From Octopus sinensis (lineage: Eukaryota), in contig NW_021833272.1 in assembly GCF_006345805.1 (NCBI RefSeq), positions 41,562-105,561 of the forward strand: DNA of 64,000 nt, given 5' to 3'. The translations under genes and the position numbers were made by a program. This document shows, piece after piece, positions 26,000 to 38,758 of this stretch; within the stretch, counting starts at the first letter, position 1; each line of letters starts with the position of its first letter. Below the pieces are notes generated by a model. It made no database searches. It was not told where the DNA came from and was given only the letters and a program-made list of their open reading frames with translations.

Positions 26000-26590
26000 T
26001 TTATCCGTGGAAAGAAAAGCCTACGAAAGAGATCACGGTAATCTCAGGCAGGGAGGGAATAAACACATGAGAGCAAAGTGCTCTCTCTCTCTCTCTTTCG
26101 ATTTACAGGATCATGCTCAAAGTGGTTTCGTCATTCGTACGTACTATCTTTGCTACCTTCACTCACCTTTTTTTAAATTTTCACGAGACAAAACCTGCCT
26201 CTCTATTCTCACCTTTCTTTTCAAGTGGTACTTGAAAAAGTTGATGAACGATTGGCCAGAGAGGTAAGTGTTTGTCTCTAATCATTTCGCTCGAGTCCAC
26301 CACACACATTCTTTCACTATGGACACCTGTACGAAGAAGACTGACTTGCCATCCCGGTTAAGGGAAGGTAGCGGGGACATTTTTACGATAGACTCGGCCG
26401 ACAACCGAATTCATCCCACGTGTGACAGCAGCCGTTCGCCATAAGCTCACAGGTCCGAAATGGGTGGACACTACACACGTGCGTACAGAACGGTTACGTC
26501 GCTCTGACTACATCTCGGGCAAGTCGATCCGATGTGTCTCGAACCGTGCCTGTAGAGCTTATCCCGAACGGGCAACGCTCCCTCGATAAC
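26000..26590 (-). mobile_element. L1/Tx1-type LINE ORF2 C-terminal remnant with zinc-knuckle (zf-RVT-like) region
   Basis: Minus-strand translation with frameshifts and stops reads ALPVRDKLYRHGSRHIGSTCPRCSQSD...CPPISDL...IRLSAESIVK...VKECVWWTR...LSGQSFINFFKYHLKRKVRIERQVL. It is homologous to 43528-43960 and 44200-44740. Confidence 0.85.
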
Positions 26591-26754
26591 ATAAATAGAT
26601 AGAAAATTTGATAGTTGAATTGATAGAGAGATAAATATTTGATAGATTCGACAGATAGACGGATAGATAGATAGCGAGATATATATATATATATATTGTC
26701 CCTCTTTTTCTTTTTCTTTGATTCCTTTGCCCCTTTTTTTCTCTCTCTTCTCCT

Positions 26755-27187
26755 CTCACGTGACCGCCAGTCAACTAGCCTTTCGGCTTCTGAGCACCGC
26801 CGCGACAACATCGTTTTCTTCGTCTGCCGTAAAGGTATTTTTTTCCAAATACGCCAGCTAAGCTAAGTTGAACTGTCTAAAGTCGTAAGACACCCGCTGT
26901 TTTTGTCCTGTTACTACTATTATTGTTTTTTGTATTTATATTCGTGTGGCATCGTCCGTTTTTCTGTCCTTGTTTCGTATACATTCGATCCTTTTCCCAA
27001 GAAATCTAATGCTCGTAGCTTAGTTTTTCCTTGGGGCTGGCCGGATCGGAGCGATTTCAAGATTAATCAGCCGAAATTGCGAGGATGATCCGGTTCTTGA
27101 CTGAAGATTAGAGGCTTCGAATGACCCGTCCGTTTTTTGTGTCGTCTATTTGAGTGTTTTGCGTTCTTGTCCCATTTTGTATTTTTA

Positions 27188-27190
<3 letters not shown>
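26755..27190 (+). mobile_element. PLE-type terminal-repeat fragment ending at (TA)n
   Basis: tttcgtatacattcg...aatctaatgctcgtagcttagtttttccttggggctg...gcgttcttgtcccattttgta is shared with 31340-31625. Confidence 0.7.
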
Positions 27191-27226
<36 letters not shown>

Positions 27227-27311
27227 TAGATAGATAGATAGACAGATAGACAAATAGACATATATATATATATATATAGAGAGAGAGTTAGCTAGCTAGA
27301 TACATGGACAA

Positions 27312-27354
<43 letters not shown>

Positions 27355-27457
27355 GATTGATAGATAGAAAGAGAGATTGATTGGCAGCTAATTAACCAGT
27401 AAGCTAGATAGATAATCCCTTATATACAACATATATAACATATATAATATATATATG

Positions 27458-27493
<36 letters not shown>

Positions 27494-27914
27494 AGACGGA
27501 TAGAGAATGAAAGAGAGGGAGAGAGCAAGAGATTGAAAAGGAGATAGAATTTATTTGACATAAACACTTACAGACGAACAGACAGACATATATGTCGATA
27601 TATTGAAAGATCGATATAGGTATAGATCGATAGTATAGATAAATATTTTATTCAATTTCCAGAGATTTTTACATTACAAAATTATAGTTTACAATAATGG
27701 ATTCTCAATTCAGAATCGCTTCGTTGTGTGTGAGTGTGACTAGCGATGTGTGTGTATGTGTGCGTGTGCGTGTTCGTGTGTATTTATGTATGTGTGTGTT
27801 TGTGAATGTATGTGCTTGTGTGCGTGCGCTCGCGTGTATGTATGTATGTGTGTGAATGTGTATAACTGTGTATGTCTTTTCATATACATATGTATGCGTA
27901 TATATGCATACACG

Positions 27915-27966
<52 letters not shown>

Positions 27967-28120
27967 TATATATACATACATATATACACATGCACACACA
28001 CACACACAAATACACACACACTCACATTCACACATATATATACATGTCAGTATGCATATATATATGTATAAATGTGTGTGTCCTTGGGCTTCTGTATGTA
28101 TGCATGTATGTATATATGTA
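27190..28120. repeat. (TA)n, (TAGA)n, (GA)n, (TG)n microsatellites
   Basis: Read directly from the sequence. Confidence 0.9.
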
Positions 28121-28772
28121 TTAGAACGTCATCCAAGTCTGATTAAGGGAAAAATTGAAAGCAATTTAAAATGCAATAGGGTTTGACAAGTGGTTGCACA
28201 TACTTGCTATCTCTGTTTTTTGAAATTATTGAAAACAATAGAAAGAGGCAATGCTCGCGGCTGCAGTTTGTTTGTTCACAAGAACATCCTTGATTATAAA
28301 AGGGTATAAATTAAAAGATAAAGGGAACCCGTATGCAAATATGTTCTTCTGACTGGAAATAAGGGAGGCCTAATCATATTAATAATGCAAAAACGAAAAG
28401 AAAACTATCCCCGATAATTGAAAAAGCCTGCCTTAAACTTTTCCAGAATTACCTGTGATGTTGTTTACGTATGGAATATTTTTAGATGTTGATAAAATAT
28501 AAGGTCGTTTGTGTGGCTATGTGTGATTATTTTGTTTGTGAACGGTCTGTGTGTGTACATGTGTGATTTTGTGTGTGTGTGTGTGTTGCGTGCGTGTGTG
28601 TGTGTGTGTGTGTGTGTGAGTGTGTGTGTATGTATGTGTGAGTGTGTGTGTTGTGTATTTCGGTTGGTGAACGGATGATGATAAGCAATTAAGGGTGGTA
28701 GTAACGACAAGATAGAGTTAAAAAGAAAGAGAAAAAAGGGAGGAATATAAAGAGAAGGGTGCGGAAAGAGAC

Positions 28773-28854
<82 letters not shown>

Positions 28855-29905
28855 TGTGAGAGAGAGAGTGGGAGAGAGAGTGAGGGAGAGAGAGATTTTT
28901 GAGTGATGTTCAAGGACAATGAATTTCATACCATGAACTCCCAGGGAGTAGCGTAAGGTGGTTCAATTTCTGAAAAGACGCTTAAATGGGGCTCCACTGA
29001 CTCCCAACCTATTTTTACTGCATTTACCTCACTCCTACGCTTATTGATTAAACTATAATCAGCATCAGTGCTTAGCACATTTGCCGAAATAAGGTTGGGA
29101 AATAAGTTATAAAGAGTTATAAGTGTGGTAGAGTGGATATTTGTATTTTGTAGTTAATGAACCATATTTCTGGCATATATATATATATATATAATATATA
29201 TATATATATACAGAGAGAGAGAGAGAGGAGAGATAGAGAGAGAGAGAGATAGAAATATATATATATGAAAAGATAGATAAGGCCGGTCTATGGGGTTACT
29301 CAGGGTTTCACGTCCGTTAAGTGCATAGCTTTACATCGTATAGTCAGACCCCAAAACCTGTTGACAACATGACTTCTGAGAGAGGCCACTTGGCAGAAAG
29401 GCCATGTGCCAAAAGGTTATGGGGTCAGATGATACGCTGTAAAGCAAAAAAAAAAAGGAGAACTTGCTACACAATTACGAATACAACAAGAAATAACAAC
29501 AGGCGTCTTTTGACTGAGAACGATTCAAATTGAGCTGGCCTGTATGAAGTGAAAGCCTAAAGGCAGGAATATAGGAGATGGACATAAGAAGTGTTGGCGG
29601 TCGGCGGTCAGGCCAAGAAAAGATGATCATAGCTGGTCGGACACCGGCCACGTAGAAAGAGGAGAAATGGGAAGGGGACAGCGTGATTAGAGGATTAGAA
29701 AAAAATCAGAGACAAAGGGAAAGGAGCAGGGGAGATAAACGAGTGGGAAATAGTGGGAGTTGAAGAAAGACAGGCCAAGAAGGGGGAGAGAGGGAGAGAG
29801 GTAAAGGAAGAAAAATGGAAGTGGGGAATAAAAGATGAAGTAAGAGGCGTACAAAATTTAGATACATACCTACTATAAGGTGAGCAGAAGGGTGTACGTA
29901 CACCG

Positions 29906-29946
<41 letters not shown>

Positions 29947-30037
29947 TATATATATATATATATATATATACATTTTTATATATACATATATATAGATACA
30001 TACATATATATATATACATACATACATACATATATAT

Positions 30038-30131
30038 ATAAATGGACAAAAGTCAACAGAGGGTATTAAAACGTTCAGACAGATAGACGACATAAAGGTG
30101 GACAAGAGAAACAACAATTAAAAGGTCAGAC

Positions 30132-30166
<35 letters not shown>

Positions 30167-30720
30167 TGTATGTATATATGCATGTATGCATGTATGTATG
30201 TATGTATGTATGTATGTATGAAGGTTTCCTTAAATGGGAATAATTTCAGTACATGTAAAAGTTCTGGGAATAACTGAATGGCGCGAGACTTATTATGTAT
30301 TCGTCTTTGCCGTTTCGTATTTGATCATTGCTTTCCTTTATTTTGAAAAGAGAAAAAAAAGAAAAGTATTTTGAATTTTTTTCCATTTGCGCAAACATCG
30401 GAATGGAACATTTCAACCGCATGGAACATTTCAACGTGATGAACATTTGATTTGTTCTTTATGTAGTCTAACGCAATTTAATCATTTTGATCCTGTTTGG
30501 CCGATAGGAATTTCATTAAATTTTGTTAAGTGATGCAGTAAATCAGATTTTTTGCTTTGTAATTTATATGTGCATTGTCCTTCAATTCCTTCCAATCGTT
30601 GTATCATTTGGTTATTCCCTGTTCAATGAGGGTTTTGGCAGTTTGCTATGTATTTTTGAAATTCTGAACAAAGACATATATCAAAGGAGGAAGAAATAAT
30701 ACCGTTAACAATTCTACCAG
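30038..30720 (-). mobile_element. Penelope-like element 3' part: GIY-YIG endonuclease remnant plus terminal repeat, interrupted by (GTAT)n
   Basis: Minus strand ~30560-30260 reads, across frameshifts and stops, KAKNLIYCIT...IGQTG...VRLHKEQI...HSDVCANGKKFKI...IRNGKDEYII, the PLE GIY-YIG pattern (LIY..TC..C...YIGQT...R...H). The terminal-repeat end at 30038-30125 abuts (TA)n. Confidence 0.75.
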
Positions 30721-30834
30721 TTTTACCATCATATTATTCCAGTCTCAGACATTTCTATCACATCTACGACCTTTTTATTCTGCCTTTCTACCAATTCTAG
30801 CATTTTACCATTATTTTATTTTTTAAGTTTCGTT

Positions 30835-30965
30835 TTTTACATGTTTCATTTACTCGACTGCGGCCATGCCGCAGCACTGCCTTGAGGAGTCTTAGTCGAA
30901 TGAATCAATCGCAGTACTTTTTTAAAGTCTGGTGCTTTACTATCGGTCTCTGTTGCCTTACCACT
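30835..30965 (-). mobile_element. SINE family B, 3' half
   Basis: tttcatttactcgactgcggccatgccgcagcactgcc...ctatcggtctc. Confidence 0.75.
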
Positions 30966-31029
30966 ATGGTGAGGGACAAACGCAGGCACAAAGACGCCCC
31001 ACAAACCTATATATATATATATAGCTAAA

Positions 31030-31800
31030 CTTTACAGAAAAACAAAAGACGAAGATAGGTTTCGGACATATACTTTTCAGCAGAAAGGAACAAGAGAAAA
31101 CATACAAGGGGCGAATGAAAAAAAGCTTTTGGAGTTAGCGGTCAATCATGGCGGCTGTCTGGACCAGAAGTACGTCGTTTATATACAGCCGAAATTACAA
31201 AGATAATCTTGGAAGAAAGCAGCGAATGTATACGAAAGCAAAGACGGAAAAGGGCATTATTTCCACACAGGCCAGCTTAATTTAATTCATCCTCAGTTGA
31301 AAGACACTTGTTGTTATTTGTATTTGTGTAACATTCTCTGTTTATTTTACGTCCTTGTTTTCGTATACATTCGCTGCTTTCTTCCAAGGAATCTAATGCT
31401 TTTAGCTTAGTTTTTCCTTGGGGCTGACCAGATTGGAGCAATCTCTAATATAACCAGTATAACTAGTATAAATTGCAAAGATAATCTGGAACACGACTGA
31501 GGAAAGAAAACTCCGAATGACCCATTCTTGTTTTCTTTGTATCGTCTATCTGGATGTTTTGTCGTCCCTTTTTTGTATCACCTAACTGTCTGGATGTTTT
31601 GCGTTCTTGTCCCATTTTGTATTTATATATATATTTAGTGAGAATTTACAAAAAAAAAAAAAAGACGGGTGTGTAAAGAACAAACAGATGTATTAGTTTA
31701 ACGCTCGGGAAGTGAGAAAGTCTTTTACGTTTCGAGCCTAGGCTCTTCCACAGGAACGAACACAAAAATAAACAGGGAGAGAAAATAGAAACAGGTTTTC
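31030..31800. mobile_element. Cluster of PLE terminal-repeat fragments in alternating orientation (31030-31250 minus, 31340-31625 plus, 31636-31800 minus)
   Basis: 31208-31247 is the reverse complement of ~31349-31388 (cttggaagaaagcagcgaatgtatacgaaa). The last two fragments converge on a (TA)n. A minimal hammerhead lies at 31722-31757 (minus). Confidence 0.75.
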
Positions 31801-31819
31801 TGGCTAGCAATAAACGACG

Positions 31820-31975
31820 GACTTCTTTCAGTGTCCATCTATCAAATACATTCACAAGGCTTGGCTCGGTCCAAGATTATAGAAGAAGCTACCTGATCAA
31901 GGTTCCACGTAGTGGGACTGAACCCAGAATCAAGTGGCTGGGAAGCAGATTTTTACTACGCAGTAATTTTTGCTC
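31820..31975 (-). mobile_element. SINE family B, 5' half
   Basis: cattcacaaggcttgg...gtgggactgaacccagaatcaagtggctgggaagc. Confidence 0.75.
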
Positions 31976-32074
31976 CTTGCCCCACTTTCTACCGCTCCTA
32001 CCACTTCTGCAGCCACCTTGTTCATCCCTCTAATAGATCTGCTGATCCAATACACTCCACATTCTTTTATTCTT

Positions 32075-32470
32075 TTATTCGTTTCAGTCATTTGACTGCG
32101 GCCATGCTAGAGCACCACTTTTAGCCGAGCAAATCGACCCCAGGACTTATTCTTTGTAAGCCTAGTACTTATTCTATCGGTCTCTTTTGCCGAACCGCTT
32201 AGTGACGGGGACGTAAACACACCAGCATCGGTTGTCAAGCGATGTTTTTTTTTGGGGGGGGATCTCAGACACACACACACACATACACACACATATATAT
32301 ATATACAACGGGCTTCTTTTCAGTTTCCGTCTAGCAAATCCACTCACAAGGCTTTAGTCGGCCCAAGGCTATAGTAGAAGACACTTGCCCAAGGCGCCCC
32401 GCAGTGGGACTGAACCCGGAACCATGTGGTTGGTAAGCAAGCTACTTACCACACAGCCACTACTGCGCCT
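32075..32470 (-). mobile_element. SINE family B, full-length, with central (CA)n/(TA)n
   Basis: tRNA-like head (reverse complement gtggctgtgtggtaagtagcttgcttaccaaccacatggttccgggttcagtccc), body, internal microsatellite and 3' end ...ggccgcagtcaaatgactgaaac are all present. Confidence 0.92.
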
Positions 32471-33339
32471 ATAAATAATAGAGGATTGTTGACTTAGTCT
32501 CAATACATATAACCTTTAGTAATCAACTGGTACCTAATTTAACCTTGCCAGCAAAAAGAATGGCAGAGAGGGTCTCGGCGGTGTCTGAGTTTATAAGTAC
32601 AAGGTTTAATAAACACATTAAACCATTTTGGTCATTAGCCCTATACCAATTTGTCGGATTTTCACCGTTCTTCTCTACGTTATTAATGTGGATTTCATAT
32701 ACAAGTTTACAATTATGGCGTGAGAAATAGTATAGCTAATTAAATTCGATCTCAAAACGTGACTGGCGTATATTTTTTCAATGATATGTAAAATCGAACT
32801 GGGTCGTGTTTGAACTCATATAAGAAAAGAAGGTAAATATAGACATCAACTATTTTATGTTCATTGCTCAACCGCGTCTTACATTTTCGCCCAATTCAGC
32901 AAAATTTCGATGTGAATAATATTATAAATATAATAAAAGAGAAAATCAAACACTAGATTCTCCAGTAACGTTGTCTGATCTGTGCTCTTAGTTTTTCACC
33001 TTCCCACATCAGAGATTTCGGTGGGCGGTAGCGATAGCGGTGGTGTCAGGGTGCAATTCATGGACGGGGAATGGCGTTTGCCGCACATGAAAGAAAAAGA
33101 CTACAAGGGCAATCTCAGCATAGAATGAAAAAAAAACAACAACAAAAAAACGCAAGAATCACATCGATGTTATAATATTTTTTTTCTCTCTCAGTCCAAT
33201 AAATCGAAACGTCATCATTCCTCATTCGCGTATTTTCGAGTAACCTCCAGTCGTTAGAAATGAAAAGAAAAATAACAAACAAAACTAAAAAAAAAACCCC
33301 AAAAGAAGCCATCAAAAAAACAAGATCAAAAACAACAAC

Positions 33340-34470
<1,131 letters not shown>

Positions 34471-35268
34471 ATTATCTCCGCCAAGGAAGGAAGTTATGTT
34501 TTCATTGGCGTTTGTTTGTCGGTCTCTCCGTCTGTGTGCAAAATAACTCAAAAAGTTGTGAACGGTATTTGATGAAACTAGCAAGAAAAGTTGATAATGA
34601 CACAAGGAAAAGATGATGAAATGTTGGTGGTGATTCGGGAATTTTTATGCATTCTTGAAGGATTTATATTTACTATACATGAAGTATACAATGTTATTTT
34701 ACATGAAGTATTACAATGTTACGTTCTTTGATTATCTTCCTTGAAAACACGTCGTTTCCACGTAACCTATGGTGGCGTTGCTGTTTAGAGACAGTGTTGA
34801 CGACGATGGTCGAGAGAAGTATGGGAGGAGGATAAAATAGTATCGGTGGTTATAATGGTGACAGGAGCGGTGTGATGTGTGATGCTGAGGTGATGGTGGT
34901 AATAGTGGTGTTGATGATAGTGCTAGTTGTGTGATGGTGGTACTGAAGTGGCTATACTGATTGTGGTGGTAAAAGTGACTGTTAAGGTAACCGTCATGAT
35001 AATATTGATGGCGGTGTATGTGGTTGATGTGGAAGCAAGGACAATGCTGCTGGTGATGTTGGTGGTTGTGAACTGGTGCAGATGATTCCTGTTTTTAAAG
35101 GGATTTTTTTCTTAAAATCGTATGGCTGACTTATTTGTTTATACCCCCGATAAGGAGGTTATGGTTTGGCCGGCGCTGGTTTGGGAAATTGAGTGATTTT
35201 CAGCATGCGTGTAGATGGGCGGAAATGAGCTGCTTGGCGGAGGACTGCGCTCTCCGAGTGCTTTTCTA

Positions 35269-35271
<3 letters not shown>
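34471..35271 (+). mobile_element. Helentron-associated (HINE/DINE-1-like) non-autonomous element
   Basis: 10-bp subterminal inverted repeats ctccgccaag (34476-34485) and cttggcggag (35233-35242). A 3' stem-loop gcgctc-tcc-gagtgc (35247-35261) is followed by ttttctagtt. The 5' body contains gtttgtttgtc.gtct, typical of this class. Confidence 0.7.
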
Positions 35272-35308
<37 letters not shown>

Positions 35309-35321
35309 TATTATTATTATT

Positions 35322-35847
35322 GAGTGAGAGAACAGCGGATGCCATCAAATTGACATTGGGGTACAAATATACGAAGCCCAGTATACCTATCATGATTACT
35401 TGTCTGATAAGGGTACACCAGGCTCATGCATCACAACCATAAGTGCGCGACATAGTGTTCTCATACCAAGATAGACAGCCCATGACCATGCAGGTGGGGC
35501 CCAGTTAGAATTCTCTTCAGGTCGAGTAGGTCATCCCGCTCAAAAGGTCCCTGAATAAGAGTTGTTTAAGGATGTTGAACGAAACATCCAGGTTTCCAAA
35601 GGTGAAATTTCAAATCAACAGAGGATTTCTCCCACTACTTCTGCTGGTGATCAGAGATGCACATATCGTCAGTCACTAAGGGACATGCTCAATTGGTTAA
35701 GGTCAAACAACTGACAAGCAAATCTGTGGTATTGAGCAGAATATTTGATGTTAGCCCATCTTTTGTACCAAGACAAAACACTGTACATGATAACACTTCC
35801 AATCAGTTGAGAAGCCATGAGAGTCACTGCATGGTACTGCATCGGGT
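35322..35847 (-). mobile_element. (TAA)n-tailed non-autonomous retroelement, more diverged copy
   Basis: Homologous to 9309-9860, with (TTA)n on the left. Confidence 0.85.
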
Positions 35848-36133
35848 CAGTTATGAAAACAAATCAGTCTTCTTTTTCTTCTTCTTCTTCTACTTCTCCT
35901 CCTCCTCCTCCTCCTTCTTCTTCTCCTCCTCCTCCTTCTTCTCCTCCCCTCCTCCTCTTTCTTCTTCTTTTTCTTCTTCTTCTTCTTCTTCTTCCTCCTC
36001 CTCCTCCTCTCCCTTCTTCCTTTTACTCCTCCCCTCCTCCTCCTCCTTTACAACAACAATAACAACAACAACAATAATAATAGTAATAATGGTTATATTC
36101 ATATTAATAATAAAAATAGCGCTAATAATGATG

Positions 36134-36209
<76 letters not shown>

Positions 36210-36525
36210 GCAATAACAATAATTCTCCAATTCTGAAGCAGGACAGAATTTGATCCTCACACAACAGAATTAACTGCGCTGCAGTATGATAACCCTCGGC
36301 CAAGGTAATTAATTAGTATAACTGACAAGTGTAATTAATGTTGCCCACCGCCATACCACCATCATATATGTCTCCATCCAAGACAAACATATTATAAAGG
36401 TAATTACTACCGAAACAAACTCCAAGGTAATTAACAACTTTGCATATTCGAATAAAACAATTGTCAGATGTAGCAATTATTAATTGCATCCTAATGGTGA
36501 AATTATATGACTGGGAATACAAGCA

Positions 36526-36616
<91 letters not shown>

Positions 36617-36640
36617 CCTACCTACCTATCTATCTATCTA

Positions 36641-36675
<35 letters not shown>

Positions 36676-36714
36676 GATACACACTCATATAGTATTTCTT
36701 GTATTCTTTCAATC

Positions 36715-36875
36715 TTTTACTTGTTTCATTCATCTGACTGCGGCCATGCTAGAGCACCGCCTTTAGTCGAACAAATCGACTCCAGGACTTATTTTTTGGA
36801 AGCCTAGTACTTATTCTATCGGCCTTTTTTGCCTTACCGCTAAGTTACCCGGACGTAAACACACCAACATCGGTT
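36715..36875 (-). mobile_element. SINE family B, 3' half
   Basis: ttgtttcattcatctgactgcggccatgctagagcaccgcctttagtcgaacaaatcgac. Confidence 0.85.
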
Positions 36876-37037
36876 GTGTGTGGATGTCTGTAGAAAAGAT
36901 ACTAACCAAAGAACATGTCTGCTACTCAGTGCTTCATAGAACATAGACGCAATTCGACAAAACGCTGAACTTCCAGACAGTTCTAGATATATTATACCAC
37001 CGTGTACCATGCCTCATCAGTATCTTGCTATACATAC

Positions 37038-37075
<38 letters not shown>

Positions 37076-37164
37076 TATATATACGTACATATGTATGTGG
37101 TTGTGTGTACTAGTGTGTGTCTCTGTGTGTATGCATATATATATACAATTCTACCTGTATGTCT

Positions 37165-37415
37165 GTGCTGACCTTTCAATGCAATGCATGCCAGAAGGTT
37201 TGCAAATCTGACGGAGACCTCAAAAGACATTTTAAGATCCACGAAGTTCAGAACTTAACTGCAACTCTAGGTAGTCTGAATCAGATATGCAATCTAGGTG
37301 GGTGTCTTATCAAATCGTTATCTGGTTTAAAACGTCTCATCCGATGCTATGATGGTTCTAATGTGTAGCTACAGGAGGTTGCCAAACTCTGCATAAGGAG
37401 TAGATAACCACCATA
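37165..37415 (+). mobile_element. C2H2 zinc-finger fragment, most likely the 3' end of an RTE-clade LINE ORF
   Basis: FQCNACQKVCKSDGDLKRHFKIH (C-x2-C-x12-H-x3-H) is followed by a decayed second finger, ICNLGGCLIKSLSGLKRLIRCY, then a stop and a short tail into (TA)n. There is no TGEKP linker. Confidence 0.55.
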
Positions 37416-38721
37416 TATATATAGATGTATTTACATTTTTGTATACACACACACATATATATATATATATATATGTATAAACACATGCACATATATTTAT
37501 ATCGATACTGTTTTTGCATTTAGGGTAAATGTGGTTTCTTTGTTGTAATTTAATTGACAATGTTAGTGTTTAATCCTTCCAAGAATTAAGAGTGAATGAA
37601 TGTGGTGATATCCAAGGTATGTTTGTTCCCAAACAAGACTTATTTTAGTGATGTCTCCACCGGATTGAATGGTACTGCCCAGGTGTCGAAACCATAGTGA
37701 TATCCGTGTGGCAGCTGATGATGGAGGTATATTAGATTGTTGGTATGGCCGTTATTGTATGTGCGGAATAGTTTTATAACACACCCATTTCATGTCACTC
37801 GCTTTTATGCGTGTGTGAATCTGTGTACGTGGGGAGTATATGTAGCATATATATAATTCCTAGCAGCACGATTCTACGGAATTGTCGAATTTTGAATATC
37901 ACTGTGTCGTAATATTCCTGGCACTAAATGCAATATTGCTGTATTTTATTGCAAAGTATTTCTTGCAGATTAATTTGAAATGGCAAAGTTTAGCATCATC
38001 ATCATCATCATCATCATCATCGTCGTCGTCGTCGTCGTCGTCATCATCATCATCATCATCATCATCATTATCTCATTATCAGTGACAGAGACATCGTGCT
38101 CATTGCCTGTCATCTGCTTTCAGGTTCTCACCACCTTCATCACCACCATCATAACCAGGTCCGATATTACTATCGCCATTGTCGTCGTCCTGTCGTCATC
38201 GTGACGTCACCGCCCTCATCGTCGTCGCCATTATCATCACCATCATCATCGTCATGATCATCATGATCATCATGATCATCATAACCATCATTATCGTCGT
38301 CGTCGTCGGCAGCGGCGACGTCATCACCATCAGCAGCAGCATTACTATGATGAGGACCACCACTAGCATGATGACGATGACAAAAGCGATGATGAAGGCA
38401 GTGGTGGTGCTGGTTGTGGTGGTGATGATGGTATTGATACACGTTCAATCAATCGCAGCAGCTGCAATGATTCATATATTTGCTTTTGCAAACGTTGAAA
38501 CAAACATAAACACACACACACACGCGCACACATACGCCAAAAAGCGCACAACACAAAATCCATTCAAACACATCTCATACGTATACAGACACGACACAAG
38601 CCATATACATATACAAAACAAACGCCATTCATAGACACATGCTTATTCACGTGCATACACATGTACTCACACACGCATATACATATATATAAAACACACA
38701 TACACACATATACATACATAC

Positions 38722-38752
<31 letters not shown>

Positions 38753-38758
<6 letters not shown>

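Noticed and set aside
26226-26263. Apparent 38-nt plus-strand exon (VLEKVDERLARE) with a perfect AG|GTAAGT donor
   Set aside because: It is the antisense of the Tx1-type LINE C-terminus (LSGQSFINFFKYH) on the minus strand.
27097-27130. gactgaagattagaggcttcgaatgacc and its homologue at about 31495-31525
   Set aside because: A CUGANGA is present, but GAAA is GAAT in both copies and stem III and the NUH site cannot be assigned.
28975-29105. 13-bp inverted repeat tcccaacctattt / aaataaggttggga
   Set aside because: Probably a decayed hAT-type MITE end pair, but no TSD and too short to call.
32410-32470. tRNA-like sequences with A and B boxes (heads of SINE families A and B)
   Set aside because: No complete cloverleaf, and they are fused to SINE bodies, so they are not tRNA genes.
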